From an uncultured Ruminococcus sp. (GTDB lineage: Bacteria > Bacillota > Clostridia > UBA1212), in assembly GCA_902782645.1 (NCBI GenBank), contig CACZNV010000034.1, positions 1 through 41,500 of the forward strand: a stretch of DNA of 41,500 nt. Direction: 5' to 3'. A program made the translations under genes and the position numbers. Shown piece after piece: positions 27,101 through 36,166 of the stretch. Below the pieces are notes generated by a model. The model had not been told where the DNA came from, did no database searches, and worked only from the letters and a program-made list of their open reading frames with translations. Each line of letters starts with the position of its first letter. Positions within the stretch are counted from its first letter, which is position 1.

Positions 27101-30003
27101 CATACAGGCACATACAAACCGTTACTGCTTGAGCTGTACATATAACTTGAATCTTTAAGTTCGACTGATCCGGAATCTGCAGACAAAGAATAAACCTGAC
27201 CATCGCCAATCCCGGTAGATATAGTGCCCAATGTATAACCGTGATTCTCCCGATTATCCGTAATCGTCGCTAAAGCACCGTTTAAATACAGTACACCCAT
27301 ATTTACATATGATTTGCCATTGTAAGAGTGTACATATCCATTTTGTTTGAGTGCATGGTTGGCTATCGTGCTTGCTACTTTTGAGCTGTCAATTGCCTCT
27401 GCATCAGCAGAACAGATCCAGTTGTATTGATTAAAATAACCGTCTATTATCAATCTCGGATTGGATTCGCTCTCCTCGGTTCCGACTAAAACACCAAAGC
27501 CTTCAACATCATTTCCAACCTCAAACTCATCTTTTGAAAGATATTGGATAGTGGTTACATCCTCCAAAGTTATAGTGTAGTCACTAGAACTCTTGATATG
27601 TACATTTGTGAGCGATCCTCTGTCGCAAACTGTGTTTTTTATCGTGACGTTGCCGGAATTTACAAGAATATTATTTCTTGCCCCTTTTATGTAACAGTTT
27701 GATATGGTACTGTCGCCTGAAATGGCAACGGCCGAGTACTGATAAGCATAATATTTTTTCTCTCCGTTCGTTTCAACCAAGTTTCCGCTTTCAGTAACAT
27801 AGTAGTCCCAGCCGCCTGTGGCATATAAATAGGCTTTCGGAAAAACTTTGCAATCCAGAATCACGTTGTCAAGGGTCCCTCCGCTTGTGATTTGAATGAA
27901 ACCTGAGTTTAATCCTCCGGTATTTAGAGATCGCCCGTCGCTTCTGTTCGTTATTTTAAAACCGTTTCCGTAAAAAGAATAACCGTTCGAAATGTTAATC
28001 GAGCTGTTGCCTGTGCTGATGTCGCACAAAAGACAGACATTTCTGTCAGTGGCGTTCATAGCGCCCGTGGCATTGTAGGCATCCACAACCTCAAGGTATA
28101 GGTCAACCGAATCGGCTGCAGACATTTTAACAACGCCTGTACCGTTGAAGGTGACTTTTTTATCTTGGCTGATTGAGCCGTTGGCGGTGCCGAAAATATT
28201 GGTTACCGTAAAGTTGGTATCGTTGCTGTAGCCTGTGAAGAAATAGGAAATAGCAACTCCGCCGCCCTGATTTCCGACCCTGTATAAATACTTGTCGGTA
28301 TGAGGGAAGACAACGCTGATTGAATGAGCGCCGCAGACTGTGCAGGGGTTTCCTATGTGTCCGGTTGCAAGGACACGCGCACTCTCATAACTGTCGCCGC
28401 ATCTTGAGCATGTGCACATGGTATACCCCTGCTCCGTGCATGTCGGTTCGGTGACTGACTCTTCATAGTTGTGCCCAAGGGCCTCAAGGACCTCTTCTGA
28501 AGGGCTTTCGCTTGCAAATCCAACCTCGTGGTGGGTCAGAGTTGCAGTGTATCTTCTTAATCCGGTCTCGGTGCAGGTTGGCTCGGTGGTTACAACAGAT
28601 GAAATATACCCGCTTATGTCGGGGATAATCACGGTTTCGACGCGGTTGCAGTCAGCGTCGGTGCATTCAAATCTTGCCGAGGCAGATTCGTAACCGTCCC
28701 AAAGCCAAACCGGATCGCCGAAGGAGTGGTCGTGAGACCTTATAATCGTCGTTTCGCCGTCCTCGTTTCTTATGCAAATATAGACTCTTTCTGCAATTTC
28801 GAGTAATTCGGGGCTGTCTGCATTAAGCGTCTCTGAAATCCTATACTCATAGGCGCTGCAACGGGTGCATACCTTAACCGAAGAACCGGCAATCGTAATA
28901 AAGTCGTGGCCGTCGCCGCAAACTGATTCCGATCCCGGGGCTGTGCTGTCGTTCTTTCCCTTGGTTTCTCCGATACCTGTAACTAATACCTTCTTGGAAT
29001 TTGTGTTTGTCACATCACAATCATGTGTATTTGCATAATACGGCTGTGATTGAAGTTTTACGGTTAACTCGCCGCCATCGGTGTTGGCCTCAAAGTAAAC
29101 CGTTGTTACTTTGGAACCGCCGTAAATTTCAACATTGTGGCTTAAATTGGTGTTTTTAACTGTGCCCTGTATGGACCCGCTCTTCAGGTCTACACGCACG
29201 TTGCCTTCGGTTGCGCTTGCGTTGAGGACAGATACTATAGATCCTTTTTCCTGAGCATAGTGTCCTTTTCGCACTTCAACCGCCAATGCGGCTCCGTGCT
29301 CATGAAATGAATCGTCGGCGCAGTATACGACCTGATTGCCGGAATCTCCATAGTGGTGGATTATGTCTCCTTTTTTTGAGTTGGAGGAATTGACAAAGCC
29401 GGTGAACTTGCAGTTTGTTCCGTTGTCGTTTGTACGGATAATGACCCTTTGCCCCGTGCTCGCTTCCGATCTGTCATACGTTAAGTTCCTGACATAATGG
29501 TTTGTGCCTGCATCAAATCCGACTGCAATCGAGACATCGGCGTCCCTGGCCTCGTCGCTGAGGTAAATGGAATAACTCTGCTCCTCAAGGGGAGGAACAG
29601 AGTCATATATCACGAAGTACTCGTATTTATTGGCGATAACACCTTTGTCATCGCCGGATTCAGGCTTGGGGTATTCGATTTTATCGCTTTTTGTGTTGAT
29701 GTAGACAAACCTGTCGTTTATGCTGTCCCATGCGATAACACGGTCTTCAAGTTCGCAGTTCTTGATCAAGTTGAGCTTGAATCCGCTGCTGACAACAGAC
29801 GACACCGCATCATACATTGTGGCATGTCTTCCGTCGTCAAGCGATAAAGTGTTATTCAGGCTGCGGACCAGTTGAGTGTCATTCGACTCCTTTGTCCTGT
29901 TGTTAAAGTAAGAAAACATAGGTACCATAACCGCAGCAAGTATACCTAAAACTGCGAGTACGATAATCAATTCTATAATTGTAAACCCGTGTTTCCTTTT
30001 CAT
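24142..30003 (-). CDS. Giant prepilin-type protein (1953 aa) with five Listeria-Bacteroides (InlB-B/Flg_new) repeats and a C-terminal Hint domain
   Basis: MKRKHG|FTIIELIIVLAVLGIL class III signal. EPTCTExG Cys/His repeats. Five F-D/N-x-N-G...GW...LYAQW repeats. S|CLAPDTLILMADG...ISEH...NYFTEGMLSM Hint domain. ATG 30003 follows GGAGG. Confidence 0.88.
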   Translation of the reverse strand: MKRKHGFTIIELIIVLAVLGILAAVMVPMFSYFNNRTKESNDTQLVRSLNNTLSLDDGRHATMYDAVSSVVSSGFKLNLIKNCELEDRVIAWDSINDRFVYINTKSDKIEYPKPESGDDKGVIANKYEYFVIYDSVPPLEEQSYSIYLSDEARDADVSIAVGFDAGTNHYVRNLTYDRSEASTGQRVIIRTNDNGTNCKFTGFVNSSNSKKGDIIHHYGDSGNQVVYCADDSFHEHGAALAVEVRKGHYAQEKGSIVSVLNASATEGNVRVDLKSGSIQGTVKNTNLSHNVEIYGGSKVTTVYFEANTDGGELTVKLQSQPYYANTHDCDVTNTNSKKVLVTGIGETKGKNDSTAPGSESVCGDGHDFITIAGSSVKVCTRCSAYEYRISETLNADSPELLEIAERVYICIRNEDGETTIIRSHDHSFGDPVWLWDGYESASARFECTDADCNRVETVIIPDISGYISSVVTTEPTCTETGLRRYTATLTHHEVGFASESPSEEVLEALGHNYEESVTEPTCTEQGYTMCTCSRCGDSYESARVLATGHIGNPCTVCGAHSISVVFPHTDKYLYRVGNQGGGVAISYFFTGYSNDTNFTVTNIFGTANGSISQDKKVTFNGTGVVKMSAADSVDLYLEVVDAYNATGAMNATDRNVCLLCDISTGNSSINISNGYSFYGNGFKITNRSDGRSLNTGGLNSGFIQITSGGTLDNVILDCKVFPKAYLYATGGWDYYVTESGNLVETNGEKKYYAYQYSAVAISGDSTISNCYIKGARNNILVNSGNVTIKNTVCDRGSLTNVHIKSSSDYTITLEDVTTIQYLSKDEFEVGNDVEGFGVLVGTEESESNPRLIIDGYFNQYNWICSADAEAIDSSKVASTIANHALKQNGYVHSYNGKSYVNMGVLYLNGALATITDNRENHGYTLGTISTGIGDGQVYSLSADSGSVELKDSSYMYSSSSNGLYVPVCKIEGLPTTLPDDETHCWNDNGTVRIQFPLGSSYDFNVNEYIRFGRYSGDSESVSLSCEGTTINGNTITFENSGSTGIVINVSNATVFGLNGSPIGKTSYTVTVPVEVLTPDRAWKDAEITVDTAVNTTGVKINGSGDRYYWFDIFDGLTITDFDKDGNPTVVLDGSNSTSKKNFVAKIVSVSPSGDLLGGSTNYNTATTVTITLNDGRILTLSMVRTGCSNSPGGTKKVNLNIDSSKTSLFYVTNSPAGSSGVSSAMSGRTFACSYRIYDYKFTGHSGKQVTSDEKYVVSCGLYNGTYTKPSTETKPTTSFSPSIKYTITFDPNGGKCGQSVGYTTSSATTVSLPTPTRPGYLFDGWYTAATGGTKRTDGYKPSASETLYAHWKEPYIVSFDANGGTSSSSIKSDSGNTITLPASTQTTQWLEGWYDGETKVGRGGDSYTVPERNITLTAHWSPKYTVTFDMTNGGTCNIEAATYEGTAIILPTATPGSQPTFEGWFTAASGGEKVGTSGANYTPTANVTLYAQWSTNIPVTFNANGGSCGTSSATYDGETPITLPDATWAGHSFNGWYTAASGGTKVGNAGTSYTPAENITLYAQWTAYKVSFDGNGASNPSALTAGTNGSVTLPTPTRTGYTFNGWYTAASGGTKIGNGGAAYTPTGDVTLYAQWTVKSYKITIITSNSTTAVTVNGTAVNSGGSVPYNSVVKVVLSYSESESKTFTVKKSSSSVTLYSNEACTSTTTSAAAGTYYFKMPDGDVTINSSSKSCLAPDTLILMADGTEKQVQYVVSGDELLVFNHETGEVETSFVLFNDVEEEQQCEVINLDFSNGKRVKVISEHGFFDLNLNKYVYIDAENYADFVGHRFYGIEGVYTLDSAFLTYETMAVYSPVTYSTLNYFTEGMLSMPGGITGLFNIFDYDDDLKYNQASKNEDIATYGLFTAEEMEVIGVTEIMFNAYNGQYLKVALGKGILTEDYLAYLIERYGGFTE
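25096..26154 (-). repeat. Five tandem ~70-aa Listeria-Bacteroides repeats (coding)
   Basis: Recurring YT(I/V)TF-x-x-NGG, LP, GWYTAASGGTK and TLYAQW. Confidence 0.88.
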
Positions 30004-30049
30004 TGTGGTTTCCTCCGGCAAGTAATAGTCTTAAAATTTTTTCCCGATC

Positions 30050-31993
30050 TCACTTTACAGGAGCTTCAAGCACATAAGAGATGGTTCCGCATTCAACCTT
30101 GTTGCCGGTTTCAACGCCGTTTTCATCTGTTTCGTAGATAAAGAGTCTAACTGTGATGGTTTTGCCTGTGTTGGCTTCAGACAGGTTGGAAACACCGCAG
30201 GTGAACGTCTTCACATAACCGCATATTGCGGCAAAGTTCATGTGAAGGTCTTCATTGGCGTGTCCGATGAGGTTCTCTGCATACTTGTAAGCCGTGTCAA
30301 GAAGTCTTACCGACTGGCCCGCCTTCAAAGTCACGGGAGTTCCTGTTTCTTCCATATCTGACAGTCCGAAGCCAAACCATGCGCCGTTCCAGAAGTTATC
30401 CGCAAATGTGGAGTAGTGACCGCCAAGAGCAACAGTTCCGACTTCAATGTCGCCGTCAAAAGATACCTCGTAGTCCACAAGCCATGTGAAATACTCGCGT
30501 CTTACTTTCAGGAGTTCTTCAACTCTTGCTGCGGCATCATCGCCGTAGAGGTTCTTTACAACGTTGAGCGCCTTGGCGATTTTCTCTTCATTGGCGTAGT
30601 CTTCGATATGGTCGGTGAAAATCGGCTCTCCGTCTTCTGTAGCTGCTATGAAGGCATCGATGATTGTCCTGTCTTCGGGAGCAAACGCATTAAATGTGGC
30701 AGCCCTTTGGAGAGTTGCAATCTTGGCGATGTTGTCGTTGAAGTACAGGCTGAACTGTATGCCGTCCACATCCGGAACATCGGTGACGTACGCCTTTATG
30801 TTTTTGATGACGTCCACTGTCTTCTTGGTTTCGTCTATTGTTTTAACCTTGCTGTCGGCAACACGGGAGAAAACGGTCGCATCGGGAATGTCCTCCTGCG
30901 CCTGGGCTCTGCCCTCTCCGGAGAGCGCCTCCACGATGAGAAGGCTAAGGTCGGTAACCTTGAAGCCAAGTACTTCCTCTTTTACATCGCTTGCGGCGTA
31001 CAGATAAATATTCTCTACTTTTTCGGCATTATCGCCAATGGCATCAACATTTGTCTGGACTATCGCAACAAGCTTTTTGCCTTCTGTGGGAATCGAAACT
31101 CTCTCTCTTGTGACGATTAAAGGCAGCTTGGTTCCGTTCTGAGTCGCAAGAATAATCTGATTGTAGTTGTCGTCGGTTGCCACGAGATAAATAGCTTCGA
31201 CCATGGCTCCGTCGTCAGCTGTTATAACGAGACGGCCGTTGGCGATGTCAAGCAGCAGTACCGTGCCGTGCTCGAAATATGAGTTGGGGCTGACTGATAT
31301 CAAACTGACATATTTTGCGGCTCCGTAGTGATCAATCTTATCATTGGGAGCCGTAACAGCCAAATCTCCGCCGTTGGTGCGGACAATTGCGTCCTTGGCG
31401 ACAGTGTTTTCATACTTGACCAGCCCTATGGACACCGTCTTTCCCACATCCACGCCTGTTGAAGCCAGCACTGTGTCAACCCCTTTGGGCGTTGCTGCAA
31501 GGTAGCAGGACCAGTCCATGCCCTTCATGCCGCAGGTAAGAGTGGTAACTCCGTTGGCGTCTGTTTTGAAGGCGTCGTCCATGTTCTTTGATGTGATAAT
31601 ACGCCAATACTTATGGGAGCCTTTATCCAGCCTTACGGAAATGTTGGTCTCAGGTATGTATTTGACCGTGTTTTCTTTTCCTTCGTAATAGCAGAAAACA
31701 TCGTTTGCGATGTCGTAAAGGATCTCATTGCCGACTTCCGATGCGTTGATCTTGGAAACATCGTATCCGAATGCCTCTGCAGCAGCAAGAGCGTCTGTCA
31801 TCGTATTGTGAGCTCTTGTATCGGCCCTGAGGGATTTGTTAAGGTTCCGGATCAACTCCGAATCGTTGCCTATGCGGTCTTTTTTCAGGAGTGATGCAAT
31901 GAATGGAATGAGTATTGCTGCGAGAACAGCAATGACGACCATTACTACAACCAATTCCACAACGGTAAAACCTTTACGTGTCCGTCTATTCAT
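30050..31993 (-). CDS. Large prepilin-type protein (647 aa), N-terminal paralog of the downstream giant protein
   Basis: MNRRTRKG|FTVVELVVVMVVIAVLAAILIP. ATG 31993 follows GGGAGG. Confidence 0.88.
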   Translation of the reverse strand: MNRRTRKGFTVVELVVVMVVIAVLAAILIPFIASLLKKDRIGNDSELIRNLNKSLRADTRAHNTMTDALAAAEAFGYDVSKINASEVGNEILYDIANDVFCYYEGKENTVKYIPETNISVRLDKGSHKYWRIITSKNMDDAFKTDANGVTTLTCGMKGMDWSCYLAATPKGVDTVLASTGVDVGKTVSIGLVKYENTVAKDAIVRTNGGDLAVTAPNDKIDHYGAAKYVSLISVSPNSYFEHGTVLLLDIANGRLVITADDGAMVEAIYLVATDDNYNQIILATQNGTKLPLIVTRERVSIPTEGKKLVAIVQTNVDAIGDNAEKVENIYLYAASDVKEEVLGFKVTDLSLLIVEALSGEGRAQAQEDIPDATVFSRVADSKVKTIDETKKTVDVIKNIKAYVTDVPDVDGIQFSLYFNDNIAKIATLQRAATFNAFAPEDRTIIDAFIAATEDGEPIFTDHIEDYANEEKIAKALNVVKNLYGDDAAARVEELLKVRREYFTWLVDYEVSFDGDIEVGTVALGGHYSTFADNFWNGAWFGFGLSDMEETGTPVTLKAGQSVRLLDTAYKYAENLIGHANEDLHMNFAAICGYVKTFTCGVSNLSEANTGKTITVRLFIYETDENGVETGNKVECGTISYVLEAPVK

Positions 31994-32333
31994 AGTAAAC
32001 CTCCCATAAAGCACTCTCATTTCTCATTGTTGTTTTATAATTGCCGCCAAGGCTTTTTTCATATGCTCCGCCGCAATTTTCATAAACAAATCAAAGGAAG
32101 TAGCTGATGCTTATTCAGTTCGGCGATTAATGTTTTTAATGCGCCTGTCGGTGATAAAGACGTCCGCCCCGTTATTTAGGACGAACCTGTTCCATAAGAC
32201 AAAAATGCCATGTTAACGAATTATAACGGGTGTTAGGTAACAAATAAGCCACAAAATAAAAATAAACCTTCTTTATCGTAAATAAAAATAAAGTTTCTAC
32301 CCTTCAAAAGCCTTTTTTTAGTTTTTCCCCTTC

Positions 32334-32377
32334 AAAAACGAAATCTGCCGGGCCAATCCGGCCCGGCAGGTTTCGTT
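32334..32377 (-). terminator. Rho-independent terminator
   Basis: AACGAAATCTGCCGGGCC-aatcc-GGCCCGGCAGGTTTCGTT long stem, with a T-run on the minus strand. Confidence 0.85.
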
Positions 32378-32419
32378 ATCTGTTATCTATTGTGTTAAAT
32401 CGGTGCCCCGCATCTCGTT

Positions 32420-34558
32420 TTACCATCTGCCGCCGGGTCTGAAGCCGCCGGAGCCGGAGCTTCCCTCGGACTGTTTGGACTGGGTCCAGCTGAGGACGTT
32501 GGATGAGCCGTTGCTCAGGACGTAGGAGCCGTTCAGTTCGATGCAGTCGGAGGCGATCCAGACCGACTGGTATGAGGAGCTGAGGGTGAAGGACAGGATG
32601 CTGTCGCCGCCCTTTACCGCCAAGGTGTATGAGCCGGCCGAGAAGGATGTGCCGCTTGAGACGTAGACGTTGACGGAGCCGGAGCCCGGAGTTTCGCAGA
32701 TGCCGCCAAAGGCAATTATCGTGCCGCCGGTGACGGATATGCTGTTGTCCACGTCAACTGAGCCTGCCATCATGCCGTTGGAGGCGCCGCCCTTAATGAT
32801 TGCAGTGCCGCCGGTCATCACGAAGCTGCCGTTGGAGTCCACCGCGTCGGTGTCGCCGGAGGGGGTGGTGACGTCAAGGTAGCCGCCGGAGATCTTGATC
32901 ATTGGCGTTTTTGAGGAGCCCTTGCAGGCGTTGAGGCCGTCGTCCCTGCCGTAGACATATGTTTCGCCGCCTTCGATGCTTATGATGTTTGCTTCAAGGC
33001 CCTCGTAGGCGTTTTTGACGTTGACGGTGCCGCCGCTGATTGTGAGGGTGCCGTCGGCGTGCATGCCGTCGTCAGCTGCGTCGACGGTGACTGAGCCGCC
33101 GGAGACGGTGATGTTGCCAAGGGGTGCGGAGCCGTTTTCGAGGGTGGCATCTGCATTGGCGTGTATGCCGTCGTCCATGGACTTGATTGTGACCGTGCCG
33201 CCGGATACGGTTACGGCGTTTTCGGCTTTGATGCCTTTTGAGGAGTAGGCGGTCTTGCCGGAGCCGCTTTTGCCGTCGTTGCCGCCGGTGGAGAGCTGCA
33301 CCCATTCGCCGTCAAGGGAACCCGAGGAAGTGACCAGGTAGCCGTTCATCTCGGTATTGATGGCCTGTCCGTCTGACGCCAATGTGAAATTGGTGCCGTC
33401 AGGAGTGGTGCCCGTCGGGACGGAGCAGAAGGCGATATTGGCGTATCCCGAGGGAACTTTGAAGACCAGACCGTAGTAGCTGGTGCGGCCGCTTCTGACG
33501 GTTGTCTCGTAGGTGCATTTTGCGTAGACGCCGTCGTCCGAAGCGTTGTAGAGATATGCGTAATAGTCGCTGTTTTTCGAGTAATTCGAGGTTGCGACAA
33601 TAAGGTACTTTTCGGTGGTGGCGCCCTGGGACGCACTGCCCGCATAGGTTGCAGTGAAGATGTTGACGGTGGGCTCACCATCCTCGCCGGTTTGAATCAC
33701 CACGTCATAGGCGGCGCTGATACCGTCCTGTGCGGAGTAAATGTCCACGCTTCCGCCCTCAATCGTGATGATGCCCCGCTGGTTGCCCTTGGAGGATACG
33801 TCCGACTTTTCGGTTTTGATGCCGTCGGAGGATGTGGAAATCAGTATAAGCGAGCCTGATTTAATCGTAATTGAGTCGTTGCCTTTAAGGGCATTGCCCG
33901 CGGCGGTGACCTTGAGGGTGACCTTTTTCACCGAGAGGTCGTCCTTGGTTTTGATGCCGTTGTCGTAGTTGCCGTTTACGATCAGAGTGCCTGTGCCGGC
34001 AATATTCAGGTCGCAATCTGCGTAAATTGCGGCGTCGTAATTTTCGCCGCTGCCTGACGCCGCGTCTGCGCTGCCCTGCCTGTCGTCGGTTATAACGTTG
34101 TATGTGTCCTTGGCGGCATTGACAATGAGTTTACCCGCATTTTTAGCCAGTATCGGCGCGTCATAGGAACAGCTCACCGAGCAGTTTGAAAGCACGAGTT
34201 TGACCTCGTCTTCGTCGCCGGCGTCGATAATTATCTGACCGTCCGAAAGCTTTCCGGTGAGCTCATACTCGCCGGCGCTTGTAATGGTATACACCGAGCC
34301 GCTCTTTGAGGGCTCCTTAGCTCCGTCAACCGGAGTTATTGAAAAATCGTCTGTAGTCTCTTTGTCTTCGTCCGAAGGGTCTTCCAGGACGTCGACAACC
34401 GTTTCTTCATTATTACTGACGGGCACCACGTTTGTTGTGCCTCCGTTTACGGGGTCGGAGGTTCTTACAATTACGGTACCCGTGCATGCGGAAAAGGCCA
34501 AAGCCGCCGCAAGTGTTAAGCAAATCAAGCCGATGGTTTTGAATCTTTTTTTCATCAC
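32420..34558 (-). CDS. Cthe_2159/DUF4353 family carbohydrate-binding beta-helix lipoprotein
   Basis: Lipobox FSA-C. YTITSAGEYELTGKLSDGQIII and repeated DGIHA/DGLNA/DAVDSNG turns with I-x-GG-x-V. Confidence 0.88.
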   Translation of the reverse strand: MMKKRFKTIGLICLTLAAALAFSACTGTVIVRTSDPVNGGTTNVVPVSNNEETVVDVLEDPSDEDKETTDDFSITPVDGAKEPSKSGSVYTITSAGEYELTGKLSDGQIIIDAGDEDEVKLVLSNCSVSCSYDAPILAKNAGKLIVNAAKDTYNVITDDRQGSADAASGSGENYDAAIYADCDLNIAGTGTLIVNGNYDNGIKTKDDLSVKKVTLKVTAAGNALKGNDSITIKSGSLILISTSSDGIKTEKSDVSSKGNQRGIITIEGGSVDIYSAQDGISAAYDVVIQTGEDGEPTVNIFTATYAGSASQGATTEKYLIVATSNYSKNSDYYAYLYNASDDGVYAKCTYETTVRSGRTSYYGLVFKVPSGYANIAFCSVPTGTTPDGTNFTLASDGQAINTEMNGYLVTSSGSLDGEWVQLSTGGNDGKSGSGKTAYSSKGIKAENAVTVSGGTVTIKSMDDGIHANADATLENGSAPLGNITVSGGSVTVDAADDGMHADGTLTISGGTVNVKNAYEGLEANIISIEGGETYVYGRDDGLNACKGSSKTPMIKISGGYLDVTTPSGDTDAVDSNGSFVMTGGTAIIKGGASNGMMAGSVDVDNSISVTGGTIIAFGGICETPGSGSVNVYVSSGTSFSAGSYTLAVKGGDSILSFTLSSSYQSVWIASDCIELNGSYVLSNGSSNVLSWTQSKQSEGSSGSGGFRPGGRW

Positions 34559-34613
34559 TTTGTACCTCCTGTCGTTATGATTTTAAGTTTCAAAACCATT
34601 TTACCGATTATGC

Positions 34614-35219
34614 TTAAATTTGCCCAAAATTGATTATTCCAAAATACTCCGGTTTATGAAAGTCGGGCTTTTCGGCGATAATATTACTCCAGCACTGGAA
34701 ATGCATTTTTTCCGGCAGGTACTCCTGGCACTTGTAAAAGTTCCCGCGCGGCTCGAAAATCCCGCCAATGAAACTCTTCGGGATTCTGTAAGTCACCCTG
34801 AAGAAATCGCCAAGGACCTCCGCCTTTATGTCAAAAAACTCTTTGCTGCCCCCTTCCGGTGTGACCCGCTCCCGCATCTTTCTTTGAGTGCCCTTGCCCA
34901 CAAGCATGCAGGCGTTGGCGTTGCATTCAAAGTTGTAGTAGACGCCCATGCGGGAGTCGGGCATGAAGAAAAATTCGAGGCAGCTGTCAGTCCAGATTTC
35001 GCCCCGGTCGTCTAAAACGCGCCTCACGGGGTCGCTTTCGTATGACGTGAGGCGCACAAACAGAGCGTCCTCCGTTTCCATAAGCTTTGCGTTGGAAACG
35101 AATTTTGCGGGGTAGGCGGCCTCCCAGGGCGAGCAGGCTATATTGGCGGTTTCGGCGGCTGCCCAGTCGGCCTCATCCGGCAATGCCTTGGCGATTTTTT
35201 TCACGTTGTAAACAGTCAT
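34614..35219 (-). CDS. Carbohydrate-binding family 9-like protein
   Basis: WTDSCLEFF...YYNFECNA...GNFYKC...PDFHKPEYFG. Confidence 0.85.
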   Translation of the reverse strand: MTVYNVKKIAKALPDEADWAAAETANIACSPWEAAYPAKFVSNAKLMETEDALFVRLTSYESDPVRRVLDDRGEIWTDSCLEFFFMPDSRMGVYYNFECNANACMLVGKGTQRKMRERVTPEGGSKEFFDIKAEVLGDFFRVTYRIPKSFIGGIFEPRGNFYKCQEYLPEKMHFQCWSNIIAEKPDFHKPEYFGIINFGQI

Positions 35220-35334
35220 TTCAAACTCCTTCCGGGCCTCCTTTGCGGTTTACAGGGACCCTGTTTTCGTGTATAATCCGCATAGAACTTCAGGGCACAT
35301 TGGCGTGTCCTCAATCCTAATTAAAGAGGTTTTT

Positions 35335-36087
35335 ATGATTCAGGATCTTCACTCCCATACTTACTATTCATTCTGCGGCAAAGACGCTCCGGAGGCGGTC
35401 GCGGAGGCGGCCATCGAAGGCGGCATTGAACTTCTGGGCTTCACGGACCATAACTACGGTATCGGCTTTCAGCGCATCGAGATGTTCTTTCTGCCCACCG
35501 ACGCGTTCGCGGGGAAGGACTACGGCCGCTGCCTTCAGAGGTACTTCGACCACATAAATCTCATTCGCGAGAAATATGCGGACAAGATCAGGATTCTGCG
35601 CGGCATCGAGCTCAACACGCTGCCCAACACGAACCACGCTCTTCCCGATAATTGCGACATTTCGTACTACGACTACTGCCTCATCGAAAACCTGGACTGG
35701 GAGGGTTCGATCACGGGCGGCGACCTTTTCGGTTACGCCAAGAAACTCCGCTGCTATGCGGGCGTGGCCCACACGGATCTGTTTGCATATGCGCAGCGCA
35801 TTGGCGTCGACCCCCTGGACTATTTCAAGCGGATGGCTGACGAAAACATTTTCTGGGAGATGAACGTGAACTACGATTCGACCCACAATTTCCACCAGCA
35901 CAAGTACGTTCTGGACTTTTTCATGGACCCCGCCAAGCAGGAGATCGTCCGGAAGTCAGGCGTCAAGGTCAGCGTCGGTTTCGACGGCCACAAGGTCGAG
36001 GATTACCTGCCGGCAAGGATCGCAGCATACTGCAAGGCCCTGACCGAAATGGGCATTCCCATGCCTTTTGAAAAGGATTTTAATTGA
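35335..36087 (+). CDS. PHP-domain phosphoesterase
   Basis: DLHSHT, GFTDH, GIE, AH and DGH motifs. ATG 35335 follows AGAGG. Confidence 0.88.
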   Translation: MIQDLHSHTYYSFCGKDAPEAVAEAAIEGGIELLGFTDHNYGIGFQRIEMFFLPTDAFAGKDYGRCLQRYFDHINLIREKYADKIRILRGIELNTLPNTNHALPDNCDISYYDYCLIENLDWEGSITGGDLFGYAKKLRCYAGVAHTDLFAYAQRIGVDPLDYFKRMADENIFWEMNVNYDSTHNFHQHKYVLDFFMDPAKQEIVRKSGVKVSVGFDGHKVEDYLPARIAAYCKALTEMGIPMPFEKDFN

Positions 36088-36166
36088 TAAAACCCGCCAA
36101 TGCAAGCAGCTGCTCTGCCTTGGCCAGGTAACTTGCGCAAAGAACAAAAAAAAATAAGGAGTAAAA

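Noticed and set aside
32000-32300. c-di-GMP riboswitch upstream of the pilin genes
   Set aside because: One hairpin is present, but I could not find class I or class II consensus elements by eye. An Rfam scan would settle it.
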